A DNA stretch of 64,000 nucleotides from the human T2T-CHM13v2.0 reference genome, Homo sapiens. Below are positions 14,021 through 28,060 of this stretch, piece by piece; the first letter of the stretch is position 1; the number at the start of each line of letters is the position of its first letter. The position numbers and the translations under genes are program-made. The notes under the pieces are model-generated. The model had not been told where the DNA came from. It saw only the letters and a program-made list of their open reading frames with translations, and made no database searches. The stretch is from NCBI RefSeq assembly GCF_009914755.1, contig NC_060928.1; one strand, given 5' to 3'.

Positions 14021-16328
14021 GTTTCAGAAACCAGTCACAGAAAGAAAACCGAACATATTATCACTTATTTGTGGATGCTAAAAAAATTAAAACAATTGAA
14101 CTCATGAAGACAGAGAGTAGAAAGATGGTTACTAGAGGCTAGGAAGGGTAATGAGTGGGAGGGAGATGGTTAATGGGTACAAAAATATCGTTTGATTGAA
14201 TTAATAAGATCTGATATTTGATAGTACAACAGGGTGACTACACCCTGTTGTTTTGTTGACTACAGTCAACAAAAGTTATTGTACATTTTAAAATAACTAC
14301 AGGAGTATAAATGGATTATTTGTAACACAAGGAAAGGATAAGTGCTGGAGGTGATGGATACTCCATTTACCCTGATGTGATTGTTGTGCATCATTTTTCC
14401 TTATCAAAATAGCTCATGTACCTCATAAATATGTATATCTATTTGTACCCACAAAAATTAAAAATGGAAATAAAAAAGTAAAAATTAATTTAAAGACAAC
14501 CTATAGAATTGGAGAAAATATCTGTAAACCATTTATCTGATAGGAAATAAAATATAGATATTATGTTATATGTGTGTGTGTGTGCGTGTGTGAGTATCTC
14601 ACATACACACATACCAGACTCAATAATTTTAAAAAACAATAAAAAATGGTCAAGGATTTGAATAGAAATTTCTTAAATGGAGATATACAAATGGCCACCA
14701 CATTAAAAGATGCTTGGAATCATTAATTATCAAAGAAGTTCAAATGAAAATTATAATGAGATACTACTCCTTACCCATTTTGAAGGCTAGACTCAGAATG
14801 TCTGATATACAATAACAAGTGTTAGCAAACTTGTGAACATATCAGAACATCTATGTGTTGCTGATGGGAATGTAAAATTGTGCAGTCACTTTAAAAACAG
14901 TCTGGTAGTTACAAAAATGGTTAAATAATGAATTATTATTTACCCTACCAATTCTACCTACATATATATATATATATATACCCAATAGAAATGAAAATAT
15001 GTCCACATAAAAACCTCCACAGAAATGTTTATGGTAGCATTATTCATAATATCCCAAAAGTGAAACCCACACAAATCTTCATCAGCTGATGAATGAACAA
15101 ACAGATGATGAGTGGATTAAAAAATGTGGTTTATCAATACAATGGAATATTATGAAGCTATATAAAAGGAATGAAATACTAATACATAGTATGCCACGGA
15201 TGAACCTTGAAAACATTATGCTAATTGAAAAAGCAGTCACAAAACATGTTATATAATCTCGTTTATATGAAATGTCCAGAATAAGCAAATCTGTAGAGAC
15301 ATTAATATTTTGGTGGCTTAGATCTAAGGTGGGTAGTGCAACGGGTGATAGCTAAATATTGGGTTTTGTTTGGAGGTGTTAAAAATATTCTAAAATTCAT
15401 TTGGTTCATCCTATCTGTGAATGGTTGAATACATGTAGTTGAACAGATCTGTGAATATACTAAAAACCATTGAATTGTATACTTGAAATGAGTCAATTGT
15501 ATGTATATGAATTATATCAATGAAACTGTTAATAATTACTATCTTTATTAGGTATATATTCATAAATGTAATTTAAGCTTCACAAATCATGCTATAATTG
15601 CAGAGCTGGTAAGAAGGAAATGAAGTCATAGAACTTATGCTCCCAATTCCCATAGATAGCATATGCTAGATCCAGGATTAGAAAACAAATCTACTACTTA
15701 CCTCAAAATCAGGATTTTTTTTTCTGCTTGATTGTATTTATATAAAGATATAATTTCTACAGAAGGAAGGATATATATCTTACTTTTTATAATTATGGGG
15801 TTTTATACCTAGAGAGGCAATTTTCAAGTCAATATTGACTCACTTTTCTATGTTAGTAGAAAAATTTTTAAGGTAATCCCTGGGAAAAATATTTCAAGAC
15901 ATGAAGAGAACTAATCAATAAAATTTTTGTTATCTTATATTCTCTATTCCATATAAGATATAAGTATTACCAAAATGTTTTCAGTTCTATGCTCATGTCA
16001 CTCTTGCCTGTTGCTCATGAAATAAATTATTGAAGAGATGAATTCAAGAGACTGAGTTGTTTATATTATCTTATATTTTGAGTTAGTGGATACAGAAGTA
16101 ACTTTTTTTCCTTTGTTTTGAGCTTGGTTGTTTGCTTCCTTCAAACCAGGTAAATGAATCAAAGAGGGGAGGTATTCTTATCCATTTTTTCTCTTTTTAT
16201 CCTTTTCACTTTTTCAGACGTGAATGGTAGTTCCATGATGAGATAACTGTACTGCATAATTGGAAGAAGAATTAATGTTTTCTCTCCATTTTTGCCATTA
16301 CTTTTTCATTATAACGTGGAATGACTAG

Positions 16329-16661
<333 letters not shown>

Positions 16662-16772
16662 TACCCATACTATTACATCTTTCACAGTTTTTGGTAAAAA
16701 TGTAAAATTTATCAGAATAGTACACCTTAATGCTTATTGTAAAGAAATTATCTTTAGAATTATCTTTAAATC

Positions 16773-17083
16773 AGTCAGGGGTGGTGGCTCCCGCCTGTTA
16801 TACAAGCTCTTTGGGAGGCTGAGGTGGGTGGATCACTTGAGGTCAGGGGTTTGAGACCTGCCTGGCCAACATGGTGAAACTCCATCTACACTAAAAATAC
16901 AAAAAATTAGCCAAGTGCGGTGGTGCAAACCTGTAATCCCAGCTACTAAGGAGGCTGAGGCAGGAGAATCAGTCAAACCCTGGAGGCAGAGTTAGCTGTG
17001 AGCCGAGATCACACCACTGCACTCCAACCTGGGTGACAGAGTGAGACTCTGTCTCAAAAAAAAAAAAAAGAAATAAAATAAAA
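16773..17083 (+). mobile_element. AluS (Sz/Sx-like), full length
   Basis: Dimeric Alu with A-tail; TSD tagaattatctttaa on both sides. Confidence 0.96.
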
Positions 17084-17189
17084 TAGAATTATCTTTAACT
17101 TGCACTAGTCAACATTCCATTACTCCAATTCATTATTAATATTTTTAATACTAAAATTTCCATTTGATTAACTTGTGACTGGATCCTGA

Positions 17190-17543
17190 CTGATGAAATC
17201 TTAAATTATCAGTGTTTTACAATGACAAATATTTGTTTCTTTCTTCTGCTATGTGTGCAATGTGGGTCAATAGTAGCTCTGCTCTACAGCTTTCCATATG
17301 AGAACTAAGGCTAAAATTGCCACTTAATCTGAACACTAATGGTCATAGTGTCAGTGTTTAAAAAGTGGAAAAGCACAAAGTGATTATTTAAGCTTCTGCC
17401 TAGATTTACTTATATTAATTTTGCTCATAATTTGTCATCCTAAACAAGTCATAGGTCTAAAACTAATGTCAACAGATTTATTAAGTATAATCTTCCCTGG
17501 GGTAAATAATGAATATTTAAAAACAATGATATGCTTCACCACA
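17190..17543 (-). mobile_element. Ancient ERVL LTR (LTR33-like)
   Basis: 'aagcttctgcctaga...tgctcataatttgtcatcctaaacaagtcat...aagtataatcttcc...caccaca' resembles the LTR33-group reverse strand. Confidence 0.5.
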
Positions 17544-17559
17544 ATGAGAAAAAATATAT

Positions 17560-18090
17560 AATATGTTAGAAAATAATACTGCTAAGAGGGATTATAGAAC
17601 AAGTTGTTTAGGATGTGTGTGAGAAGCACAATTTATAATAAGTTCATCACAAAACTTTTCACACAAGGTAACATTTTCAGTAAAGACTTAAGGACGTAAA
17701 GAAACAGGTCTCCAGATATCTAGGGAAATGGCCAAAATATTCAAGGCATGGAGAATAGCAACATACTTAGTGGGTTTGGAGAACAATAAGGTGACAGCTA
17801 TGACAACAGCAAGTGAGAAAGCCTGTAGCAAGGACTGAGGTGAGAGAAACAAAGCATAAGTGGGTGAAGGTTCTATAGTGCTTGACGGATCATAGCAATG
17901 ACATGGTCTTTTACTAGAAATGAAAGAGCAGCCATTGAAGGGTTCTAAGGTGAGGAATGCCATGATTTGACTTTGGTTTTTTGTTTTGTTTTTTAATTCT
18001 TGACTACTGTGATAAGATGAACATAAGTCAAAAACAAAAATACCTGTTTTGCAGGCCCTTTATAATCAATCCAGGAGAGACACCAGGGTT
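17560..18090 (-). mobile_element. L2 fragment
   Basis: 'gagcagccattgaagggttctaagg...atgatttgactt' and 'aatcaatccaggagaga' are L2-typical. Confidence 0.65.
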
Positions 18091-18642
18091 TCTTGGAAGA
18101 GGCACTCTCCAATGTTGAATAACTGAATTGACTACCAAGAATACAAGTTTGGAGTTATATTTCCAATAAGAAATAATTTCTTATTTTCCTGAAATAATTA
18201 ATGAAACTTTGTAATTTCTCCACTTTTCAGTTTTTCTTGCTGGTAAATCTTGGCTCATTTATAAGTGTTATGCATGTTTATCTTTATAATATTTTTCCCT
18301 ATTGGAAAACACTGCAGTAAATATTGATGGCTTACTACTCTGATATTGTGAAATCAAAATCATGCAGACAAATCAGACAAATACATGATTTCTATTCATT
18401 TCCAACAATACAAGAAACTAAATGGAACAAAATTAACCTCAGCTTTTTTTAAGTATTACATTTTCTAATAACTTATGCCCTGAGATGTGCTAATGGAATT
18501 ATCTTACAGAAGAGGACATAATTTTGTTGACACAAAACGTATCCCTTTGTGACCAAATGTCAAATGTATGAGTGTTACCTCTTAGGGTTTTAGTGTTGGC
18601 ATGTTGATAAGATTGCACACTATGAAAGCTATATGAATGTTC

Positions 18643-18670
18643 ATTATTATTATTATTATTATTATTATTA
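18643..18670. repeat. (ATT)n microsatellite
   Basis: attattattattattattattattatta. Confidence 0.95.
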
Positions 18671-20446
18671 CACATATAGCATTTAAATAGTGTTTTCTTC
18701 AAAATCATCATAATTGTCCTTGCATTTGCTTTTATTTTTAACATGATGACCAGGGATCAGAAATGGCAAGAATCAAAAACTGATGGAAGAGAGGGAATGT
18801 ATTTTTAGGTGGTTTAATTTCATTAAATCAATTATGCTCTTAAAAGATTACAAAAGTGAAATTCTTATTAATCTAGAATAGTAAATTTGAATTAGCATTG
18901 AAAAACAACTTGACAACAAAGAAAATTATTGCTATGATAAATGTTTTGAGTTTCCTTTAATACTTCAGGAATGTTGCCATTCAACATAGCATATGAACTG
19001 TTTTCTTCCAATGTTCTCAATGTTGTTTTCATGCAAAGAGTCTTGATGAATACAACAGTTCACTGTGATTTTTTATAAACCCCTATTCTTCTGCTCAGAA
19101 GACACCTGTGACCTTCCTCTAGGATTCACTGACCTCAGGAATTTGTAATTTGCTAAACTGTGTCTCGCTACTCACCTGAGCATAAGAGCCTAGATTTGGA
19201 AAATATAAATAAAACAAAATACCAATCTTAAAATGCCATCATCTTAAAATCAGTTCTCATATTTTTCTATTAAGAATCATTAAAATATTATATTCTCTGC
19301 ATATACATTATCCTAGTTTATATGTGTTTATCCATTATGGACTGTAATATCCTTCTTGCCCTAATCTAAATCTTTATATATTTTTTTGTTTACAATCTAT
19401 ATGATATTTGATGTTCTAGCTATTACTTAATATTTACTATAATCTCATTAAGAAATACAAATTTTTAGTTCTTATATTAAGCCAGATTTAATGTTTTTAA
19501 TGAGTTAATGTTTTTCCTCTTTGAAATGTTATTTCATTATTTGGTAGTTTTTCTAATACCACTTTGTTATTCTAACACAATTTGATTTAATCTTACCGTT
19601 TGGGTAAGAGTTTAAGAACAATGAGTATAAGAAAAACATACCTGAAGAAAAATTATCTCTGTAGTACAGAGGATATTGTCTAATGTATAGCAGGTCCTCA
19701 TTTTATAGTTGATAAATGAAATTATTAAAAAACAATCCCTTAGGGATATAGCTCTATAATTATTTTTCTATAATCATGTTTTCACAGTTAAATTTTGCCA
19801 CCACTTACATTTTGGCTCTTCAAATAGAATTACTAGTAAAATCCCTATGTATCTGGACATCACTCTATCTTAGAAGTAGATATGCCAGGATTCGTAGCCC
19901 AGTACAGGCTGAAAATAAGATTTCTGGGCTTTTAAGTAGTTGAGCTTATTTTATCAGACTTGGAAATTAGTGAGTCTTTTTAATTTAAGACTCATTTTGT
20001 ACTTTTAAAATTATTTTAATTATTGCAAAGTATCCAGGCGCAATATGGCAGTCATTTATAAATAAATAAATTAAATTAAATTAAATACAAGATAATTATC
20101 ATTATGTGTAATGTACTAATTACACAGAGCTTTATTCAGGCCAAATTTGATCACTGTGATTTTTCATTGCTATTTTCCTGGATTTAAAAGCCAGGCACTA
20201 TTACAACCAATTTTTTTAAACCTTATGAGTGGCTCCTTTTATTTTGTCCCTTTTCTCTGTTACATGGAAAGAAACAAAATTATACTGTGAACAAAGTACA
20301 TTTTTTCTTTTATTTTGAGATAATTAGGAGGTCTCCTTGTCTTTGAATATAAAATGTATAATTCAAAATATTTATGTGAAAAGTGAATGTCTGTTATTAC
20401 AGCATCTGATTTTGCATGCTAAAAGACAGCTTGTGTGTAGAAAGTA

Positions 20447-20540
20447 TTGTGTTTGTGTGTGTGTATATATATACACACACAAACATACATATATAAGTGT
20501 GTTTGTGTGTGTGTGTATATATATATACACAAACATACCT
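20447..20540. repeat. Compound (TG)/(TA)/(CA) microsatellite, duplicated unit
   Basis: Two copies of 'tgtgtttgtgtgtgtgtatatatatacac..aaacatac'. Confidence 0.85.
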
Positions 20541-20876
20541 ATAGTCATGTTAGGTATAAGGAATACAATTATAAGAACATCAAAAGTTTAAAAGAAGGAG
20601 AAAAATATAGAGTCCTAAAGATGGAAATAACTAGCTAGATGAGTAACTGAGCCCAGAATAAACAAATGGCTTTGCAATGGACAATTTTGGAAGACCTAAC
20701 AAGAATTAATAGTAGAATCTTAATTAAGTCTTCAAGGTGAATTCACTATGAGTTTATACAGACTTTATATGAAAGCCTCGAAAATGTTTCACCTTTACAA
20801 AATGAAATAATAAAAATAATTGCTATCCATTAGCACTTAATATGTGACAGTTTTGACATTTGTTGATACACATGTA

Positions 20877-21511
20877 CATTCATTCCTTGGTATCTGAAGG
20901 GAGTTGGTTCGAGGATCCACCCACGGATACCAAAATCCGCTGATGCTCCACTCCCATATATAAAATGGAATCATGTTTACATATAACGCATGCACATCCT
21001 CCTGTACACAGTGGGCCCTCTATCCATGTGTTCCTTATCTGTGAATTCAACCAATTACTGATCAAAAATATTTGGAAGAATTTCATTTGTACTGAATATG
21101 TACAGAGTTTTTTTCTTGCCAGGGTTCTCTAAATGATACAGTGTAACAACTATTTACATACCATTTACATTATGTTAGGTATTATGAGTAATCTAAAGAT
21201 GATTTAAAATGTACAAGAGGGTGTGCATTGGTTATATGCATACACTGTACATTTTTAAATAAGACTTAGGTATCCACGGATTTTGGTATCTCAGGGAGGA
21301 CTTGGAAACCATCTCTCACAGATACTGATGGACAGACTTCTCTACTTTAAATCATCTCTAGATTACTTATACTACCTACTAAAATATAAATGCTATGTAA
21401 ATAGTAGTTATACTATATTTTTATTTTTATTGTTGCAATTTTTGTTTTATTTTCGATCTGATGGTGGTTGAATCCATAAATGTGGAATCCGTGGATATAA
21501 AGGGTGTACTG
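20877..21511 (+). mobile_element. MER2 (Tigger-family MITE), outer element
   Basis: 'ggataccaaaatccgctgatgctc..catataacgcatgcacatcctcctgta' resumes as 'ctttaaatcatctctagattacttata...ggttgaatcc...gtggatataaagggtgtactg'. Confidence 0.88.
21009..21340 (-). mobile_element. MER2/MER2B-like element nested in opposite orientation inside the MER2
   Basis: 'cagtgggccctctatccatg..gaattcaaccaa...taatctaaagatgatttaaa...atccacggattttggtatc...gacagact'. Confidence 0.88.
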
Positions 21512-22910
21512 CATTGTCATCTAAATCTCACAACAACCCTGTGGGTAGGCATTAGTATCATAGAGGAAAGACAGCAGGAATACCTACAGTTTAACACAGA
21601 TTTTCAAGGTAACTCTGAACTTGTCAGAGCCTAGGTTTGACCACACCTACCTGACTTACAAAGCCTTATCTCTTTCTATGAAGTTACATAAATAGAGAAA
21701 AATACCAGTTTTAGGGCTGAAGGGTTAAATATCAATTGTGTTTAAGAATGTCTGGCTAACACTAGTGAGAAAAAAATTAGGAAGAGTTCATAGAAGTTTG
21801 AGTACAAAATTAATGAGTGACCCTTACTTTTTAAAGCACATCTGTACCTGTCTTACAACGTGAGTGCTATAATATGTTACCAGAGACTAAATATACTTTA
21901 CCAACTAGTAATAACAAAAGAGCAACCTGATAGTCCAAATATATTTAGAACGTTTTCAAGGACACACAGTAATAGTTCACACTACTCTCAAAATAATACC
22001 TCTTGAACCAAATGGAAAGAAGGTTTTTTATCCATAGGAAACAATACTGTCAATGAAAAGCATAGCATAGATAATTTTAAAAGGCAAATATTCTAAAAAG
22101 TTTTTTTCAGTTATTTATTCTAGCATTTAGTCAGCAACCCAATTATCCCACCTGTGTATATAATACAATTTTAAAAAGGTTTAAGACAGAACTTTTTTTT
22201 ACTTGTTTAATCTTACTTATAGGGGTGATTGGCATTTAATTTATTAAAATCTTAAAGAGTTTTTCTCCTAAATGTGTAGGTAGTGTTTATAACTAAAAAA
22301 ATGATAACTAAGAAAAAGTGAATGATAAATAGGACTGATTTAAGTACTGTATTATATTGCTTAAATAAAATCTGTATTAAGTACAGATGTTGGTCTTCTT
22401 TAAAAGATAAGGCCTGCTAGTGTTCATTAGCCACTGATAACTGAAAACATGTATATGTATATGTATCTCTACTTCGCAATCAATTTTTTTTTTTTTTTTT
22501 TTTTTTTGGTGAGGGGGGTCTCAAGTAGATGGGTCAAGGAGAAATAAGCTTCCATTTTTGACCATAGACATTGAACCCTTGATAAAGACGGGTGTTAAAA
22601 CCTCTACTAGATTAGCCCTGCTCCAGGGACCCAGGCCATCAGACTGTAGTCCATAGTGAGGCCTGCCGAAACACCCGCTGCTACCAATTTTAGGTGCTAA
22701 GCATTAACATTGAATGTACTTTTTGGAAATTGTTCTCGAGGGGGAATAAGGATGGAATAGGGAACTGTCTTGTATTACTCTGAATTTCCTGGAACTATTG
22801 ACTAATGTGGTTAAATACATGGGATTTATTTTATCTACCCAACGTTTTAGAGAACTTCAATTGTAACAAAACTTTGCTGATAAAGAAGATTAAGTATACT
22901 TTGTCTAGTA

Positions 22911-23330
22911 TATTTATTCAATAGTATTTATTGAGTATCTGCTATGTGCTTGTTGCTGAGCATGCAGTTGTCAAAAAAGACAAATTTTTGCCCTTGTCAA
23001 GCTTACAGTCAAGATGTGGAGACAAACAAGCTAGGCATGTGTATATATATATATGAATGCACATTTTGAAATAGATGTGTAAGAAATGTGTTAAGGAAAA
23101 GAACAGCATTCTATCAGAAAGAATAGCCGAAGTTATATTTAAACAGGGGTCTAAGAAGTCTGGATTTAAATTTCTTAAATACTGTTATGACTGCTGAATT
23201 AAGAGAACTCCTAAGGGGGCAAGGCTGACAGTGGGACCAACCACAAAACTAATTTAGAAGTTTAGGCAAGAGAGGAGCATCATTTGAATTTGTGTGGCCA
23301 CAGGCAACGAAAGTAGAGAGAAGTGGATGA
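22911..23330 (-). mobile_element. L2 3' end
   Basis: 'atttattcaatagtatttattgagtatctgctatgtgc...gcccttgtcaagcttacagtc'. Confidence 0.75.
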
Positions 23331-23638
23331 ATAAGCTGTTACCAATATTATACCAATGAGGCCAAACAATGAATTTAACCACAAGGGCTGAATTTTTATC
23401 TTACACTTTATACAATAGTAAGTAAATACAAAAAGCCTGTGTACCTAGAGCCACTTAAAGTCATGTGAATGTTCTATATCATTACATAGAATAAGCTGTA
23501 CTCTGTCTTGACTGCAGTTTGACTAAGGATCACTTAGAAAATTTTTTTTCAGCTTTATAAAAATATAATTGATAAATAAAATTATATATCATTAGGGTGT
23601 AAAACACAATGTCTTGATATATTCATGCACTGTAAAAT

Positions 23639-24396
23639 TGAGAGACAGGACTAGCTGTATTTCCTAGGCCGACTAAGAATCCCTAAGCCTAGCTGGGAAG
23701 GTGACCCCATCCACCTTTAAACACGGGGCCTGCAACTTAGCTCACACCCAACCAATCAGAGAGCTCACTAAAATGCTAATTAGGCAAAAACAGTAGGTAA
23801 AGAAATAGCCAATCATCTATTGCCTGAGAGCACAGCAGGAGGGACAAGGATCCGGATATAAACCCAGGCATTCAAGCTGGCAACGGAAACCCCCTTTGGG
23901 TCCCCTCCCTTTGTATGGGAGCTCTGTTTTCACTCTATTTCATTCCATTAAAACTTGCAACTGCACTCTTCTGTTCCGTGTTTGTTACAGCTTGAGCTGA
24001 GCTTTCGCTTGCTGTCTACCACTGCTGTTTGCCACCGTCACAGACCCTCGGCTGGCTTCCATCCTTCCGGATCTGGCAGGGTGTCCGCTGTGCTTCTGAT
24101 CCAGCAAGGCACCCATTGCTGCTCCCTATCTGGCTAAAGGCTTGCCATTGTTCCTGCACGGCTAAGTGCCTGGGTTCGTCCTAATCGAGCTGAACACTAG
24201 TCACTGGGTTCCCCGGTTCTCTTCCATGACCCACGGCTTCTAGTAGAGCTATAACACTCACCACATGGCCCAAGATTCCATTCCTTGGAATCGGTGAAGC
24301 CAAGAACCCCAGGTCAGAGAACACAAGGCTTGCCACCATCTTGGAAGTGGCTCGCCACCATCTTGGGAGCACTGTGAGCAAGGACCTCCAGTAACA
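23639..24396 (+). mobile_element. Solo HERV-W LTR (LTR17), full length
   Basis: Starts TGAGAGACAGGACTAGCTG, ends 'gagcaaggacctccagtaaca'; 4-bp TSD aaat (23635-23638 and 24397-24400). Confidence 0.97.
23752..23952 (+). promoter_or_regulatory. LTR17 U3/R core motifs: two CCAAT boxes, octamer-like ATGCTAAT, TATA box, ATTAAA poly(A) signal
   Basis: CCAAT at 23752 and 23809, ATGCTAAT at 23773, TATAAA at 23857, ATTAAA at 23947; activity not shown. Confidence 0.6.
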
Positions 24397-24619
24397 AAAT
24401 GATTACCATGATCAAGCTAATTGACATATCCATCACATGACGTTATAATCATTGTGTGTGTGCATGTGTTACTGTCGTGAGCACATGAGATGTACTCTCA
24501 CCAAACTTAAAATACACAATTAAAGCCGCATCCCCAGGGTTAGATATAAACTCTTAATAATTTATTACTGATATACAACCCCTACCTCTCTAAACAAATA
24601 TCTTTTTAAAATCTATCCT

Positions 24620-25730
<1,111 letters not shown>

Positions 25731-25819
25731 TTGAGTTTGAAGAGGAAAGAAAAAATTCCCAACAAAATGTACTCCATCATTTTTTCTCATCCACTCTGTA
25801 ATGAAGATATATGAATATA

Positions 25820-26303
25820 TGCTGGGGTCTGTCCTGCAGACCCCAGCTGCATGACGGATGAACAACATACTCAGACGCCAATATTCAGTGAAAGAGCAGG
25901 CTAGGGGGCCAGGCTGCAGACCAAAAGAGTTGTAGCAGCTGCAGCCCCGACTTGCTGGGCCTGCTGGCATTTATTCAGCACACATCAAATGACAAAGGCT
26001 TTAAGTCAACACCACTACAGGGTAATTAACGTGGTTGCCCTCCCCCTGAGAGAGCCATCCTGCCTGCAAATGAACAAAGGTTAGTTTTAGGACCACATGA
26101 GTAAACAAGTTATTTAGATAAACTCTCTTACATTCCTTTGTACCTACTTTAAGCTATTTACTTAAGGTAGGAGGATTAGGCTGCCTTCAGCCAGATCTAT
26201 TACTGAAGTTATGCAACCCACCCCCCTGGACTTCCAAGAAGGTTTGTGTCTATTTCTTATAACTTTTTAAAATTTTTCCCACCAGCCTGCCTGAACTCCC
26301 ACA
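25820..26303 (-). mobile_element. Solo ERVK LTR22 (HML-5)
   Basis: Minus strand begins TGTGGGAGTTCAGGCAGGCTGGTGGGAAAAATTTTAAAA and ends GGGTCTGCAGGACAGACCCCAGCA; near-TSD aatata / aaaata. Confidence 0.85.
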
Positions 26304-26459
26304 AAAATAGACTTGACTTGCTAGGGAGAAATAACAGGAAAATAATCAATATGTATTAAATTAAGTGTGTTTTATAATACCCCCTAGCATATGAAATGCC
26401 AACATCTAGGCAAAATGAGAACCTCACTGGCTACAAAGCAGTATTGTTTTTAGTACACG

Positions 26460-26785
26460 TGCTGTAGTCTGAATGCATTCCCCCAAAATTCATATGTTGA
26501 AATCCTAATTCCCAAGGTAATGGCATTAGGAAGTGAGAAGTGTGAAGGTTATTAGCTCATAGGATTGGTATCCTTATAAAAGAGGCCTGAGAAATCTTTT
26601 TCCTTTCCATGATGTGGGGTTACAGTGAGAAAACAACAGTCTATCAGGAAGCTGACCATCAGCAGACACCAAATTTGCCTGATCTTGGACTAACTAGCTT
26701 ACAGAACTGCAAGAAATAAGTTTCTGTTGCTTAAAAGCTACCCAGTATATGTTAGTTTGTAATAGCAGCCCAAATAGACTAAAAA
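26460..26785 (+). mobile_element. MLT1A0-like MaLR LTR
   Basis: 'tgctgtagtctgaatg..ccccaaaattcatatgttgaaatccta...aatagcagcccaaatagactaa'. Confidence 0.85.
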
Positions 26786-27161
26786 TATAACCCTGACCCT
26801 ACCAAATGCTAACTGGCTATGTTTCAATGCACAGGTCAGAAAATATGTTTCCTTCATATAGAAAATGGTAATTAGCAACAGATATGGTATTTATAAGAAG
26901 TTAATACAAAAAAGGAAAAAATCAAAAAATTAAGGGTAAAATTAACTGCAATGAAAACTGAAGATGAATGCTAAATTGCCGTTTTGAGTACTGGACTAAT
27001 TATGCAAATTATAATGAAGAGTTCACAAAAGCCAAATATATTCAACTACAAAAATAAATTCAATAGTAAATAGGTCAATATTATTAATTTATCATGTTTC
27101 CAAGTTCATGAAGTGACAAGGGTAAAAAGTTGAAGCTAAATCATATTATATTCTACATATT

Positions 27162-27239
27162 AATAAAGGAATTTTAAAACATAAAATTGTTTCTTTACTG
27201 AATAAAGGAATTTCAAAACATAAAATTGTTTCTTTACTG
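27162..27239. repeat. 39-bp tandem duplication (1 mismatch)
   Basis: aataaaggaattt(t/c)aaaacataaaattgtttctttactg x2. Confidence 0.95.
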
Positions 27240-27701
27240 AGTACAATGAAAGCAATAAGAGGCCAATATATTAACTCATTAATTTACTAAAACAGAGTTG
27301 GAGATTGAACACATAAAAACCTTTAAAATATGTAATGACAAACAAGTAAGAATAATTAAACTTAGTTTCTAATTTCCTCTCCTGAAAATTTGCATGCTTA
27401 GGCCTTTGATTTAAGCCAGAATATATGAAAACTAGGGTTTCACAGGCAAGTGACAGGACAAAACAGAGTTGCAGAAAGGAAATTATCTAAGAAGCCTGGA
27501 AAAGTTTTTATAGATCATCTTGAGTGGAGAGAAAAAATAATCTAAAATTAATACCATTAGGTAGAGCCAACAAATTCAAATCTTGCTGGAGAAAACTCCA
27601 GAGGAATGACATACTTGAAATTCAATATGTGGCAAACATCCATATTTCATTTAAAAATCTTTTGCAGTACAAGTAGGTGTTAGAATGAATAAAAATGACG
27701 G

Positions 27702-28060
27702 TGCTATGGACTGAATGTTTGTGTCTCCCTAAAATTCATATGCTGAAACCCTGATCCCCAGTGTGATGGTATTTAAAGGTGGGTAATTAAATTTAGATTA
27801 GGTCATGATGTGGGGCCCTAATTATGGGATTAATGCCTTTATAAAAAGAGGAAGTTGTGCAAGATCTCTCTACACATACCATTTGAAGGTACAAAGAGGA
27901 GGCAGCCGTCAGTAAATGATAAGCAGACTTTCACTAGATACGAGATATGCATGCATCTTGATCTTGGCCCTAGTGTCCAGAACTATGAGAAATAAGTGTT
28001 TATTGCTTAATTCATCCTGTCTGTGATATTCTTTGATAGCAGCCCCAACTAACTAAGACA
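27702..28060 (+). mobile_element. MLT1A-like MaLR LTR
   Basis: 'tgctatggactgaatgtttgtgtc..aaaattcatatgctgaaaccct...atagcagccccaactaactaagaca'. Confidence 0.88.

Larger units (their letters stand above)
8920..14480 (+). mobile_element. L1MA2/3-like LINE-1 with 5' UTR, inserted in the older L1; carries an internal deletion
   Basis: 5' start 'ggggtggagtaagatggcagaatag'; about 2 kb 5' UTR; ORF1 remnant (ESLNSKSDQAEERNCELED); ORF2 3' half; 3' end 'ccctgatgtgatt...tgtacccacaaaaattaaaaat'. Confidence 0.88.
20805..21680 (-). mobile_element. MIR split by MER2 insertions
   Basis: 'ataattgctatccattagcacttaatatgtgacag' before the insert; 'tcatctaaatctcacaacaaccctgtgggtagg...cagagcctaggtttga' after it. 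Confidence 0.7.
23541..24600 (-). mobile_element. L1MA8/9-like 3' end, interrupted by LTR17
   Basis: 'cagctttataaaaatataattgataaataaaattatatat...tgtaaaat' continues after the LTR as 'gattaccatgatcaagctaattgacatatccatcac'. Confidence 0.75.

Noticed and set aside
27162-27239. CRISPR-like or prokaryotic repeat-spacer interpretation of 34-39 bp repeats
   Set aside because: Only two adjacent copies without spacers, in primate DNA, with no cas genes
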